Positions 1-9,556 of a stretch of 64,000 nucleotides of DNA are shown here, one piece after another. The DNA comes from Candidatus Niyogibacteria bacterium (lineage in GTDB: Bacteria > Patescibacteriota > Minisyncoccia > HO2-45-28). Positions within the stretch are counted from its first letter, which is position 1; every line of letters starts with the position of its first letter. The position numbers and the translations under genes are program-made. Under the pieces are notes generated by a model, which was not told where the DNA came from, searched no databases, and saw only the letters and a program-made list of their open reading frames with translations. The stretch is taken from contig CP066691.1 of assembly GCA_016432485.1 (NCBI GenBank), forward strand, positions 516,709 through 580,708, in the 5' to 3' direction.

Positions 1-25
1 AATAATCTACTGGCTTTTTATCCTG

Positions 26-97
26 CGCCCTCAAGAGGATTCGAACCCCTATTACAAGCTCCGGAAGCTTGCGTCCTATCCGTTGAACGATGAGGGC
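26..97 (-). tRNA. tRNA-Arg (anticodon CCG)
   Basis: The reverse complement folds as a cloverleaf: acceptor GCCCTCA/TGAGGGC, T-arm GGTTCGAATCC, anticodon loop TTCCGGA with CCG at positions 34-36. No CCA is encoded. Confidence 0.8.
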
Positions 98-99
98 TT

Positions 100-597
100 T
101 TAGGTATAGCGATCCGCGACCACAAAAGCGGCAACCGCTTCGGGCTTTATGACCGCGTCAAATCCGAAACCTTTAGCCATGCCTAAAACGCTTTCTTTGA
201 ATTCTTTGGTCGGACCCACCTCTCCAACATCAATATGCACTGATATTTTATTGTCCCACAAAAAATCTTCGCCCACCCTGTCTTTTAAAACGCTTCTTAC
301 TTCCTGCGCCAAAGTAATTGATTTCATCGCTTCTTTATAAATCCGGTCTCTTAATGTCGGGCATTGCTCCACCCCGGATTTGGTCCAGAAATACCTTCCG
401 CCGTTTCCGATTTTCCAGATGGCAACGGCGCTTACTATTTCGGTTTCATCCGAAGCCCTGGAATCGGAACCGATCATTAACGAATAATTGCGTCTCGGGT
501 CTAACTGGACATAATTTAAAATCTCGTTTATAAGCTCGGTAAAAGAAATAATTTTATCGGCGGAATGAAATTTTAATTGTGAAAGCTCGGGTGTCAT
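100..597 (-). CDS. RNase H-like protein of the YkuK/DUF458 family
   Basis: 165 aa with motifs IGSDSR, HIDVG and a C-terminal VADRYT that I recall from YkuK-like proteins. This is a recalled family resemblance only. Confidence 0.4.
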   Translation of the reverse strand: MTPELSQLKFHSADKIISFTELINEILNYVQLDPRRNYSLMIGSDSRASDETEIVSAVAIWKIGNGGRYFWTKSGVEQCPTLRDRIYKEAMKSITLAQEVRSVLKDRVGEDFLWDNKISVHIDVGEVGPTKEFKESVLGMAKGFGFDAVIKPEAVAAFVVADRYT

Positions 598-599
598 GG

Positions 600-1181
600 T
601 CAGATAAGCGAAAGCTGCGGATTATCTTTGGCGGGAGCCATAGACCAATCCACTTTTAAAGTTTCCGGCTCCGGAGAATAGCGCGAAATAAATTTAACAT
701 AGCCAAACTCTTTTCCGTGCTCGTAAAGTTTTTTTGTAACTTCGACATCCTTTAAACAATAATCCTTAACTTCCTGAATCCGTCCCTGCCTGAACCATTC
801 CAGCGCTTCAAGACCGTCGGCGCTTTTGGCCAAACCAAGCGTGGTCTTGGCCAGATTATCCAAGCTCACGCGAAAACCGGCGGCATTAATCACGCCGTCC
901 ATCATATCAAGTGCCGTAATTTTTTTCAGGTCTGTTTTTACGTATGGCTGCAAGACAGGCAGGTCAAATCCGCGGATATTGAATCCGATAAGTAATCCGG
1001 CATTCCCGAGCATACTCTCAAATTCCGAAAGTTCTTTTTCTTCAAAAATAAAATACTTGTCAGCCGCGTAAGAATAAGCCCCGAGAACCGACACGCCCAA
1101 AAGTTCGGGGTGCTCTCTGCCCCCGACTTCGGCGAACTCTTTTTTTGTCTCCAAATCAAAAATTATTATATCCTTCGCCAT
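600..1181 (-). CDS. DEDD-family 3'-5' exonuclease (RNase H-like fold)
   Basis: The N-terminal IIIFDLET motif is the Exo I motif of DnaQ-like exonucleases. 193 aa. Confidence 0.5.
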   Translation of the reverse strand: MAKDIIIFDLETKKEFAEVGGREHPELLGVSVLGAYSYAADKYFIFEEKELSEFESMLGNAGLLIGFNIRGFDLPVLQPYVKTDLKKITALDMMDGVINAAGFRVSLDNLAKTTLGLAKSADGLEALEWFRQGRIQEVKDYCLKDVEVTKKLYEHGKEFGYVKFISRYSPEPETLKVDWSMAPAKDNPQLSLI

Positions 1182-1779
1182 TTATTACTTTTACCATATT
1201 CCGGTAAAAAATCAAAAGAGTGACGCAAAATTCATTTTTTGCGACCGCGATGTGTTTGCGGCTCGGCGAGATTGCTTTCTCCGACCGGCCGTTCTTTGCC
1301 CCAGCGAGCAAAGCCGGCCTACGTTCTCGGCGCAAAATCGCCCAGCCCTTTTGGTTAATTCCAAAAGGGCTGGGCGAACCATGCTTTTGCGCCTCCGAAA
1401 GTTCTCCGAAAGCAAACATCGCCTCGCCTTACGCAAACCATCGCGGTCTAAATATCCACTCGAAGCGCCGCAAAATTGATTTTCGTTGGCTTGCGGAGGG
1501 ACTTTGAAAATTAAAGAGTTTTGAAGTGAAAAATAGCGAGTAGGAAATTCCTGAGCGTAGCGAAGGAGGAACGATGGAGCGTTATTTTTCGCGAACAAAA
1601 CGACTATAATTTTCAAGACCCGGAGCACCGTCATAAGAAAACAATTTTGTGACGCTTTGAGGGTCTTGCGAGTTAGGAAAAAATGAATCCCGTTAGAAAG
1701 ACATTAAATAATATTTCTAAATAAAAATATGTTAAAGAAAGTTGGACAAAGGGCTTTCTAACGGGATGAATTTTGCGGC

Positions 1780-2181
1780 TTAAAGAGGTAAATCTATGGC
1801 GTAAGCGCCCGCGCCGGTCAAAACCAAAGAAAGGGCCGCGACCAAAAGCATCAAATCAAACTCATAGCCGCCGACAAAACCCTGTTTCGCTTTCACTTTC
1901 CAAATGGCAACCAGCATATCAATCGCGATAAGCAGAGCCGCAAGCTGGGTTGCAAAACCGACGATCAGCGCGATCCCGCCGAAAAATTCAACGACCCCCA
2001 CCACAAAAACCCAGAATTTAGCGGGCTTAATTCCGACGGATTCGAAAAAGCCGACGGTCTGACTGAACCCGCCGAAAAGTTTCGGATATCCGTGAGCGAC
2101 GAAAATCAAACCAACAATTAAGCGCAACAGGAGGGGCGCGAAAAAACCATAATCAAGAAATCCCGGAAATAAATTCAGCAT
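1780..2181 (-). CDS. DoxX family membrane protein
   Basis: 133 aa with four predicted TM helices and a DoxX-like pattern (GLIFVAHGYPKLFG). Confidence 0.6.
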   Translation of the reverse strand: MLNLFPGFLDYGFFAPLLLRLIVGLIFVAHGYPKLFGGFSQTVGFFESVGIKPAKFWVFVVGVVEFFGGIALIVGFATQLAALLIAIDMLVAIWKVKAKQGFVGGYEFDLMLLVAALSLVLTGAGAYAIDLPL

Positions 2182-2211
2182 AATTTAAATTAAAAAAATA
2201 AAAAACGACCT

Positions 2212-2874
2212 TTAATTTATAAATCCCTTAAGCCAGTTTATTATATCATCCATAAGTTCGGAGTGTGCGCTGAATAAATCCGTGCCGTGTCCGCCGACAT
2301 CATAAATTTTAATCTTTTTGCGGCAATTTGCTGTGTCATAAATATTTTGGGACATTTCATCTGCCGCTCCGCCGGAACGAACATCGTCCTTGGCTGCGAT
2401 AAAAAACGCGCCTTGCTCCGGTCTGATTTTTTTTGCCAACGGCAATGTTTCTATCCCTTTATAATTAAGGCCGGCCGAAAGCAATACGGCCGCCGAAACC
2501 CTATCCGATTCCGCTAAATACTGCAAAACCAGATTCGCGCCGATAGAGGCGCCGGCTAAGAAAATTTTGGAATGCTTTTCGGCGGTCATAAAACCAACGG
2601 CCGCGCGGACATCCTCAATGCTTTTTTGATGATCGGCATCAGAAAAATCGCGATAGCCGTCCGGGCCTCCTTCCGATTCTCCGTGCCCTCTTAAATCAAT
2701 GGCCAGCGCGCCGAACCCGGCCTCGTTTAGTTTTTTGGCAAACCCCGCCCAGCTCTTTTTATCCGCCGGCATCATGTGTAGCATCAAAACGCCCGGGCTT
2801 CCCGCTTCGCCCCGATAGTGGTCACCCGCGATATTTACGTCATCGGCTGTTCTTAAATTTATTCTTTCCGGCAT
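2212..2874 (-). CDS. alpha/beta hydrolase (dienelactone hydrolase-like)
   Basis: Nucleophile elbow GASIG and a C-terminal GGHG motif; 220 aa. Confidence 0.55.
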   Translation of the reverse strand: MPERINLRTADDVNIAGDHYRGEAGSPGVLMLHMMPADKKSWAGFAKKLNEAGFGALAIDLRGHGESEGGPDGYRDFSDADHQKSIEDVRAAVGFMTAEKHSKIFLAGASIGANLVLQYLAESDRVSAAVLLSAGLNYKGIETLPLAKKIRPEQGAFFIAAKDDVRSGGAADEMSQNIYDTANCRKKIKIYDVGGHGTDLFSAHSELMDDIINWLKGFIN

Positions 2875-2911
2875 TTTTTTATTTTACCAAAAAAATACTA
2901 TACTTAAAAAT

Positions 2912-3715
2912 ATGGCTAATGTAATCGGAATAATATTGGTTGTAATCCTGGTCGTCATTTTATGGTTCTCCGGCGGGGGGCTTGTTCAGCTGATCGCACC
3001 TCCGAACGGCGGTCAGCAAACCACGCAAACGGAAAACGACATTCCTCTCGTAGAAACTCCGAGCGAAACTAAAAATATAAGAATATACAGCGCGAGCTCC
3101 AGATCTGACGAACCTGAAAATGAATATATCGAAATACAGGCCGACTATTCGAATACAGTGCCGATAAATATAAGCGGATGGAAACTTCAAAATCGCGATG
3201 GAGACATTTTCATCTTACCAACCGGAGCCGGTTTACCTTATTCAGGGCGAGTCAATATAGAAGAAGCTATAAAATTAAACCCTGGCGAAAGGGCAATAAT
3301 TATAACCGGACGTAGCCCGATTGAAGTTAGTTTCAGGCCTAACGCCTGCACCGGCTATTTCAATCGTCTTTATGAATTTAACCCCCGCCTGCCGGAAAAC
3401 TGTCCGGAGCCCAACGAAGAAAAAGGCGTTGACGACCAAAACGACGCTTGTTTTTCATATCTAAAAACCGTTTCCCGATGTAAAACCCCGGTCGCATCCG
3501 ATATGCCGTCGGATGTTGATTTCGCCTGCCGCGAATTTATTGACCAAAGATTAAGCTATGCCGGGTGCGTTGAAAACCACAAAAAAGACGCGAATTTTTT
3601 TTCGGGCGAATGGAGAATATACCTAAAACAGGACAAAGCAATATGGTCTAATGTCCGCGAGAACATAAAACTTTTTGACCAAAATTCCGATTTGGTCGCG
3701 GAAACCTCCATATAG
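2912..3715 (+). CDS. membrane-anchored lamin-tail-domain (LTD) protein with cysteine-rich C-terminus
   Basis: N-terminal TM helix followed by EYIEI...NISGWKL...GDIFILP, which resembles the LTD signature. The C-terminal half has several Cys pairs. Confidence 0.4.
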   Translation: MANVIGIILVVILVVILWFSGGGLVQLIAPPNGGQQTTQTENDIPLVETPSETKNIRIYSASSRSDEPENEYIEIQADYSNTVPINISGWKLQNRDGDIFILPTGAGLPYSGRVNIEEAIKLNPGERAIIITGRSPIEVSFRPNACTGYFNRLYEFNPRLPENCPEPNEEKGVDDQNDACFSYLKTVSRCKTPVASDMPSDVDFACREFIDQRLSYAGCVENHKKDANFFSGEWRIYLKQDKAIWSNVRENIKLFDQNSDLVAETSI

Positions 3716-3719
3716 CCGG

Positions 3720-4511
3720 CTATTTTATCTCAAAAGTTATATTAACCGAACTTGTTATCTCATTCTCTCCGGTCGGAGTGGACGGAACCACCGCGCCCGA
3801 AATGTCTCCACCTTTACCAAATGCTTCTACGGCAAAAATCGGTATGGGAGAGGAAGAAAATTCGTTAAACGAAACTATTTTGCCCAAGCGAACACCGAGC
3901 GAATCTGCCAAAGTCCGCGCTTTTTTCTTCGCTTCAGCTACGGCCTTATCACGAGCTTCTTCTTTTGCTTTATCCGGATCGTCAAGCTTAAAAACCAGCG
4001 AACCAACTTCATTAACTCCAACTTTCGCAAGACCGCTCAAAAACGACCCCGTTTTATTAAGATCCCTGATTTTTAGCTCCATAGTTTGGCGCACCTGATA
4101 ACCCAGGAAAACGCGGCGGCCCTTAGGATAATCATAAACAGAATTGATTGTGTACGAAGTTGTTTTTAAATCTTTATCTTCAACTCCGGAATTCTTGAGA
4201 AACCCCACGGCATCATTGATAACGCGCGCGGAATTCTTTTGGGCGTCAGCCACGCTTGCTTCTTCGGATTCAACGGAAAAAGAAACCAGTCCGATATCCG
4301 GCCGAACAAAAACGCTCCCCTCCGCGCTTATTGAAACGGTCGGGGCGGAAAGCGAGGGGCGCGTGATGTCTTTGACTTCGGCGAAAAATTTAGCGCCGAT
4401 CCAAAAAGTCAAAACAACTGTAAAAACTATTAAAGTGTAACAACCGGCCTCGCAATGAGCCAATAGGTCACCGGACCAAAAAGGTTTTTTCCCGTTAGAC
4501 ATTTTAGTCAT
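3720..4511 (-). CDS. SIMPL/DUF541 family periplasmic protein (YggE-like)
   Basis: Signal anchor followed by a typical SIMPL domain pattern (VSFSVE...AQ...V..L...GV....L.T.SY...P.Y). Confidence 0.6.
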   Translation of the reverse strand: MTKMSNGKKPFWSGDLLAHCEAGCYTLIVFTVVLTFWIGAKFFAEVKDITRPSLSAPTVSISAEGSVFVRPDIGLVSFSVESEEASVADAQKNSARVINDAVGFLKNSGVEDKDLKTTSYTINSVYDYPKGRRVFLGYQVRQTMELKIRDLNKTGSFLSGLAKVGVNEVGSLVFKLDDPDKAKEEARDKAVAEAKKKARTLADSLGVRLGKIVSFNEFSSSPIPIFAVEAFGKGGDISGAVVPSTPTGENEITSSVNITFEIK

Positions 4512-4621
4512 TTTTTAAAATTACTTTAATTGGTAATCAAGCTTAAATAGATTATACAACAATTTCTGAAATTTATTATCCACACTCTGCGCGTTTTAAA
4601 AAAATAGAGCTCGGGGGAGCC

Positions 4622-5023
4622 CTATTCAATATGAAAGATGCCGTGGAGCTTTGTCGGCCGACCCAGAGATAAAAACAAGTTTAAAAAAGATTTCAGATCA
4701 GCCACCGCTTGTTCAAACAAAAATTGCCCCAGAGACGGTGAAGGCATTTTTATTATGGCTATCCGGCTTTCCTGATAATCAAATTCGGTTCCTTCTTCAA
4801 AACTTTGATCGTGAGTCAAAACAAAAACTCTGCTCTCCCTATAATCTTTAGCAGCCATGGTTTCAAAACGTCTGAGAAGTTTTCTATCGGACAGACGATT
4901 AAAATTATCGCCATCATGAACTATTTTCACCAGCGGACTAAAGCCTTCAAGCTCGCGTTTTATTTCCCCGGCGTTGACATCAAGGAAAATCACGATTCGG
5001 TATTGACCCGCCGGTTTCGGCAT
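4622..5023 (-). CDS. hypothetical protein
   Basis: 133-aa ORF with reasonable amino-acid composition. A terminator-like hairpin GGGCTCCCCCGAGCTC plus T-run lies downstream. No family recognised. Confidence 0.35.
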   Translation of the reverse strand: MPKPAGQYRIVIFLDVNAGEIKRELEGFSPLVKIVHDGDNFNRLSDRKLLRRFETMAAKDYRESRVFVLTHDQSFEEGTEFDYQESRIAIIKMPSPSLGQFLFEQAVADLKSFLNLFLSLGRPTKLHGIFHIE

Positions 5024-5117
5024 CGACGCTCCTTTTATGAAAAAACTCTAATTATAGAATACCTTCAAATAAAACAGCACGCAATGCGGGCTGTTTTATT
5101 TGGAGACGCAAAAACAA

Positions 5118-5327
5118 TCAATCAAACCTGTTTTCGTCGGAATGTTTTTTTATCTCGGCGACAAGCATCGCGATATGAGCATCATCGTCATCTTTCATTT
5201 TCTGCCACATTGCGGTGCAGGAATCGCATCCCTCTGCGTTTTTCAAATACTCTTTTTCATATCGCCAGACGGCGTCGTTTTTTTCCGAAAGCGCGTGAAC
5301 TAAATCGTGATTATGGTTTTTTAACAT
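5118..5327 (-). CDS. hypothetical small protein (69 aa)
   Basis: Balanced composition; the overlapping plus-strand ORF is Arg-rich. No SD sequence seen. Confidence 0.3.
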   Translation of the reverse strand: MLKNHNHDLVHALSEKNDAVWRYEKEYLKNAEGCDSCTAMWQKMKDDDDAHIAMLVAEIKKHSDENRFD

Positions 5328-5373
5328 GCCAAAAATTAAGGAATTAATTTATTAACGACTATAATTTTTGAGC

Positions 5374-5437
5374 ACCCTCACACCCATTGTTCAATGCGCG
5401 AAGCGCAAACGAAGTGTTGAATATTGGGTGTGAGGGT
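5374..5437. repeat. palindromic element A1: ~20-bp stem enclosing a short GC mini-hairpin and an A-rich spacer
   Basis: Arms CACCCTCACACCCATTGTTCAA / TTGAATATTGGGTGTGAGGGT with loop GCGCGAAGCGC-AAACGAAG. It is preceded by CGACTATAATTTT. It is related to the element at 26319-26387. Confidence 0.7.
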
Positions 5438-5448
5438 CTCGGCTCGCT

Positions 5449-5631
5449 TTAGCTCGCCTCGACCTTTGTTGAAAGTTTATTGTTTTTATTATACCCCGCC
5501 TCTTTTACCTTTTGGTAGAGCTCCCCGATTTCTTCTTTTTGTTTATCCAAATCCAGAATTCTCCGCCTTATTTTTGCTTTTTCCATGCGGATAAATTTGC
5601 GGATTGATTTCGGCAATCGTTTTCTCGGCAT
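5449..5631 (-). CDS. hypothetical small basic protein (60 aa)
   Basis: Lys/Arg-rich N-terminus and a coiled-coil-like C-terminus. Palindromic element A1 lies immediately downstream and could act as its terminator. Confidence 0.35.
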   Translation of the reverse strand: MPRKRLPKSIRKFIRMEKAKIRRRILDLDKQKEEIGELYQKVKEAGYNKNNKLSTKVEAS

Positions 5632-5720
5632 ATATAGGCCTCATAATACTTTTATCCTCTGACAACCGCAACCCCATTTCCCCAAACCCGTAAAGAAAAA
5701 ACGCACGCAATGCGCGCGCG

Positions 5721-6560
5721 TTATTTTTTAAGCCGGCCGATAACGTCTCCGAAAATCATCACGTCTTCAACGATAATAAGCGTCGGAGTAAGGCAGGCAT
5801 CCGCCCAAATGCGGCCGCGAACCGATTTCTTATCGTCAAAAAGTCCCGCGGGAACATCAATGAAAACAAGCGTGTTCAAATCAAAATCCGCTTTATCTTC
5901 AGCGCGATAATCTGATTTTTCTTTTTCAGTGGCGATATGAATCGTGAAGCGGTCAATTTTCTTGCCTTTATCGCGACCGTACTTTTTTGGAAAAGGAACG
6001 GTGTGTAAAATTATGTCGCGACCGGCTAAAAGCGGCCCGTAAACTCCATTCCTAAGATTATAAAGAGCTGAAAGCAAATCCTCATACCGGCCGATTCCTT
6101 TCGGAATTACCATATCCTCAACAAGCTCAACTGTTCCGTCTATTTCAGAACGCCTCATTATCACGCGCTTTGATTCGTCAAATACAAATCTGGTTGAACG
6201 TTTTGTCGGTGAAAAAAGGCCCCAGATAACGTCCTTTCTGAATTCTATGCTCAACAAATGATTCCCCTCCTCATCAAAACGCATTAAAGAACGATAAGTA
6301 TGTTCGGTACTGCGCAGTAATCCGACAAAACCCCTGGTCTTTGCCTCCAATACCGCCTCGTACCATCGGCTGCTGTCTTTATCGGGCCGTCTATGAATTG
6401 TGAGTACGGCATCGGCAGCACGACTAAATATCAAAAACGAAATGTCGTAAGAGAGCTCTTCATTGAGAACTTCACTATTACATTCAGATGCGGCGGTCGT
6501 CATTGCGGGAAAAACGGAAAACAACAAAAAACACAGAAAAATCCCCGCTGTTTTTATCAC
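5721..6560 (-). CDS. secreted hypothetical protein (DUF3108-like)
   Basis: N-terminal signal peptide (MIKTAGIFLCFLLFSVFPAMTTAAS). The DUF3108 resemblance is recalled and weak. Confidence 0.3.
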   Translation of the reverse strand: MIKTAGIFLCFLLFSVFPAMTTAASECNSEVLNEELSYDISFLIFSRAADAVLTIHRRPDKDSSRWYEAVLEAKTRGFVGLLRSTEHTYRSLMRFDEEGNHLLSIEFRKDVIWGLFSPTKRSTRFVFDESKRVIMRRSEIDGTVELVEDMVIPKGIGRYEDLLSALYNLRNGVYGPLLAGRDIILHTVPFPKKYGRDKGKKIDRFTIHIATEKEKSDYRAEDKADFDLNTLVFIDVPAGLFDDKKSVRGRIWADACLTPTLIIVEDVMIFGDVIGRLKK

Positions 6561-6657
6561 GCGCCCTCTCCAAAAAACGCTCAGACAATCTCAAACCATA
6601 AAAACATAATAAAACTCAAAAAGCAAACCGAGGCCGGTCTAAGTGCCTGCAAAATCG

Positions 6658-8481
6658 TCACTCCGCCTTAATCGGCAGCGTGAAATAGACAGTCGTGCCT
6701 CGCTCCTCCTCGCTTTCCACCCAAATTTTGCCGCCATGGCGTTCAATAATGCTTCGAGCGATAAAAAGACCCAGCCCCGAACCTTCGGTCTGAATACGGA
6801 TTGCGTTTCTTCCTCGAGCAAACTTGTTAAAAATGCGCCCTATGTCGTCTTTTGAAATGCCTATCCCCGTATCGCTAATCCGAATCTCCGCGAGACCGCC
6901 CTTGCCGGATATATATATGTCCACCTTGCCGTTTTCACGATTATATTGAACCGCGTTATCAAGGATATTTGAAAAAGCAAGATTGAATTTTTTGCGGTCA
7001 ATCATCAACGGCTGCAGTTTTTCTTTTGGCATATGGACCATCAATATAATGCCGCGCTCTTTGGCTAAAGCCATAAATTTATCCGCCGTTTCTTTTATGA
7101 TTCCGACCAAATCCTCTTTTTGAAAAACGAAGCCAAGCTGTCCCTCTTCTATGCGCGAAACATCCAGCAAGTCATTAACAAGATTAATCATGCGGTCGTT
7201 AGTCTGATTGGTCCGACTGACCAATTCTTTTTGCTCTGTTTGGAGTTCGCCGGCATCGCCGTCAAGAAGCGCGCGAAAAGCCCATTTTATCGCCGAGAGC
7301 GGTGTACGAAGCTGATGGGCCGCGATGGTGACGAAGTCTGACTTTTCTCGGCTCAAAAGCCGCTCGTGTTCGCGGACTTCCTTTATGCGAACGCGCATCC
7401 GATTAAATTCGTCGGCCAAGTCCTCCAATTCGTCGTTAGTTTTTACCTGAATGGCGTAATCCAGATTATCCAGCCCGATTTGCTCGGCCCCCTTCTGAAG
7501 TTCTTCTATGGGTTTAATTACGCGGCGAGCAAGAAGAATCGCGGCCCCCATTGCCACAGCCAATATGCCGGCAAGAATAATCAAAGAGAAAAAAGTAATT
7601 TCCCTGACCGCGGCCAAGGCGATGGCGGCCGGCAATTCGGCAACGATAAACCAGCGGGTTTTCTCCGCGCTTCCGGAGGCACCCTCAAAAGGAATAACAA
7701 TTCTGGCGCCGGACCCCAAGACCTCTTCTTGAATTTCGTTTTCATAAATATCCGCGAATAACGGTTCGCCGTTATCTTCTATCAAAGATTTTACCACCGG
7801 AATCGCGGAAAAATTTTTTTCGGAAAGTACTTGCGAAATGTCGGGGTGGGCTACGACAATTCCGTTTTTATCCACGATGTAAGCCCGGCCCTCCTCTTTA
7901 GCCACGGAAAGGTCTTTTACCACCGCCTGCATAATTCTGGAGTCAATTTGAGCGAAAACCGAGCCGAAAAATTTTCCGCGAGAATCAAAAATCGCCCGGC
8001 CTATCAGAAAAAAGGGCCTGTTTTTTTCCCAGAAAATATCGCTGATAAACCGACCCTCGTTCTTAGTCGCTATAAATTCTTCGTTTGCAGACCTGTTAAT
8101 AAAGTCCTCCGGGACTACGGTTACGAATTTGCTGACGCGGGCGGTTTCCATGCCATTTTGGTTGACAATTGACACTTCCACGAAACTATCATTGGTAAAT
8201 AGGGTCCTTTCAATGAAAGTTTTCTGAAGATCAGGCTGTTCAATGAGCGAAGGAAAAATGCTTTCCATGGCGGCCAGTTGCCCGAATTGATGGCTGATAA
8301 ATTCGGAAATTTCAAGACTCGCGAGAGCGGCGACATGTTCCGCGTGTCTCACGGCGTTCCTTTTTTGGATGTCCTGCAATTTGACCGTAGCTACGGTCAT
8401 GGCAAAAAAGAAGGGCAGGGAAGCTATGCCGATTAAAACCAGAATAAACTTTAGGCGCAATCTTTTTCTTAAAAATGGCAC
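6658..8481 (-). CDS. sensor histidine kinase with extracellular Cache-like domain, HAMP, HisKA and HATPase_c
   Basis: Two TM helices flank a ~250-aa extracellular domain. H-box IAAHQLRTPLSAI, N-box NLLDNAVQY, G-boxes DTGIGI and GSGLGL are present. Confidence 0.85.
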   Translation of the reverse strand: MPFLRKRLRLKFILVLIGIASLPFFFAMTVATVKLQDIQKRNAVRHAEHVAALASLEISEFISHQFGQLAAMESIFPSLIEQPDLQKTFIERTLFTNDSFVEVSIVNQNGMETARVSKFVTVVPEDFINRSANEEFIATKNEGRFISDIFWEKNRPFFLIGRAIFDSRGKFFGSVFAQIDSRIMQAVVKDLSVAKEEGRAYIVDKNGIVVAHPDISQVLSEKNFSAIPVVKSLIEDNGEPLFADIYENEIQEEVLGSGARIVIPFEGASGSAEKTRWFIVAELPAAIALAAVREITFFSLIILAGILAVAMGAAILLARRVIKPIEELQKGAEQIGLDNLDYAIQVKTNDELEDLADEFNRMRVRIKEVREHERLLSREKSDFVTIAAHQLRTPLSAIKWAFRALLDGDAGELQTEQKELVSRTNQTNDRMINLVNDLLDVSRIEEGQLGFVFQKEDLVGIIKETADKFMALAKERGIILMVHMPKEKLQPLMIDRKKFNLAFSNILDNAVQYNRENGKVDIYISGKGGLAEIRISDTGIGISKDDIGRIFNKFARGRNAIRIQTEGSGLGLFIARSIIERHGGKIWVESEEERGTTVYFTLPIKAE

Positions 8482-8503
8482 AGAGTTGTTTTTTTTATCC
8501 GCT

Positions 8504-9553
8504 TTATTTGCCTATTTTTTCATCGGCTATGGAAAGCATTGATTCCGGAAATGTCAGGCCGTCTTTATCGGCGCGGCCAATATGCAAAATTAGGGAATTT
8601 TTTTGGGTGAATTCTATGGGTATATCGGTTGGTTTTTCGCCCTTGAATATTTTGTCTACCAGTCGGGCCATTTGTTTTCCGGCCGTAAAATAATCGCTTG
8701 AATAAGCAAAATGGCCGCCGGTCGGCAAATCTTCAATTGGAGCGACGTGAGGCACCCCCAAACGATTCGCCAATTCGGCTTCACTTGTTTCCTGCGCGTC
8801 AAAAAAATGTCCGGGAATATGGTAAATGGCGTCTATATCTCCGGCTTTAATTCCGGAAGCGATCTTACGCCAGGCAGATTCAGCGCCGGGAGGAGCGGTA
8901 GTTGTTTTATACTCCACCAATTGAAATCCTAATTTCGGCGCCAGCGCTTTCAACTGGGCGTACATTTCTTCCCCGACATTGGGAATCATAAATCCGTCGC
9001 TAAAGACCCCTATTTTTTTGCCGGCCGGATTTATTTTTTTTATAAATTCCAACTGTTTTCCTATGACATCCGTAAGTTGAGAAGCAATGCCCGTTAAATT
9101 ATTCCCCGAGGATTGGAATGATTGAACGATGCCGTAAGACACCGGGTCATGGAATTGAGCGAGAAATACGACCGGAATGTCGCTTTTCAGCTCCTGCATA
9201 ACGAGCCGAATGTCTTTAGCCGTAATTTCAGACGGAATAAATAATAAATCCACGCCTTCGGCAATCATTTTCCGGACCGCCGCTTGGGCGTCAGCTTGAG
9301 CCGTAGGCCCCAAAGTGAATAACTCTTCTTTATAACTAATCCGTTTATAACCCAAATCTTTTAATCCTCGTTTGACGCCCTCCACCGTTTGAAGCTGTTG
9401 CCTGATGAGAATGGAGCCGATTGTTTTTGGTTCTTTGAGTACTGCCGATTCGGCCGGACCGGAAATACGTATGTCCCTGAATATTCTGAAGAAGCCGAAG
9501 CCGACGACTACAGCAAGAATTACAATTAATAGAATTATTGTTTTTTTAGACAT
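8504..9553 (-). CDS. ABC-transporter-type substrate-binding protein (ABC_sub_bind family), paralog 1
   Basis: N-terminal TM anchor and conserved blocks EYKTTTAPPGAESAW, IKAGDIDAIYHI, EDLPTGGHF. Clearly paralogous to the adjacent gene. Confidence 0.6.
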   Translation of the reverse strand: MSKKTIILLIVILAVVVGFGFFRIFRDIRISGPAESAVLKEPKTIGSILIRQQLQTVEGVKRGLKDLGYKRISYKEELFTLGPTAQADAQAAVRKMIAEGVDLLFIPSEITAKDIRLVMQELKSDIPVVFLAQFHDPVSYGIVQSFQSSGNNLTGIASQLTDVIGKQLEFIKKINPAGKKIGVFSDGFMIPNVGEEMYAQLKALAPKLGFQLVEYKTTTAPPGAESAWRKIASGIKAGDIDAIYHIPGHFFDAQETSEAELANRLGVPHVAPIEDLPTGGHFAYSSDYFTAGKQMARLVDKIFKGEKPTDIPIEFTQKNSLILHIGRADKDGLTFPESMLSIADEKIGK

Positions 9554-9556
9554 GTA

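Noticed and set aside
1156-1634. ORFs of 87-140 aa on both strands in the 1.2-1.6 kb gap
   Set aside because: They are Arg/Ser-rich, lack an RBS, and overlap one another across strong hairpins. The region is more likely non-coding.
4805-5347. 180-aa plus-strand ORF
   Set aside because: It is antisense to two better minus-strand ORFs and has an Arg/His/Phe-rich composition typical of a wrong frame.
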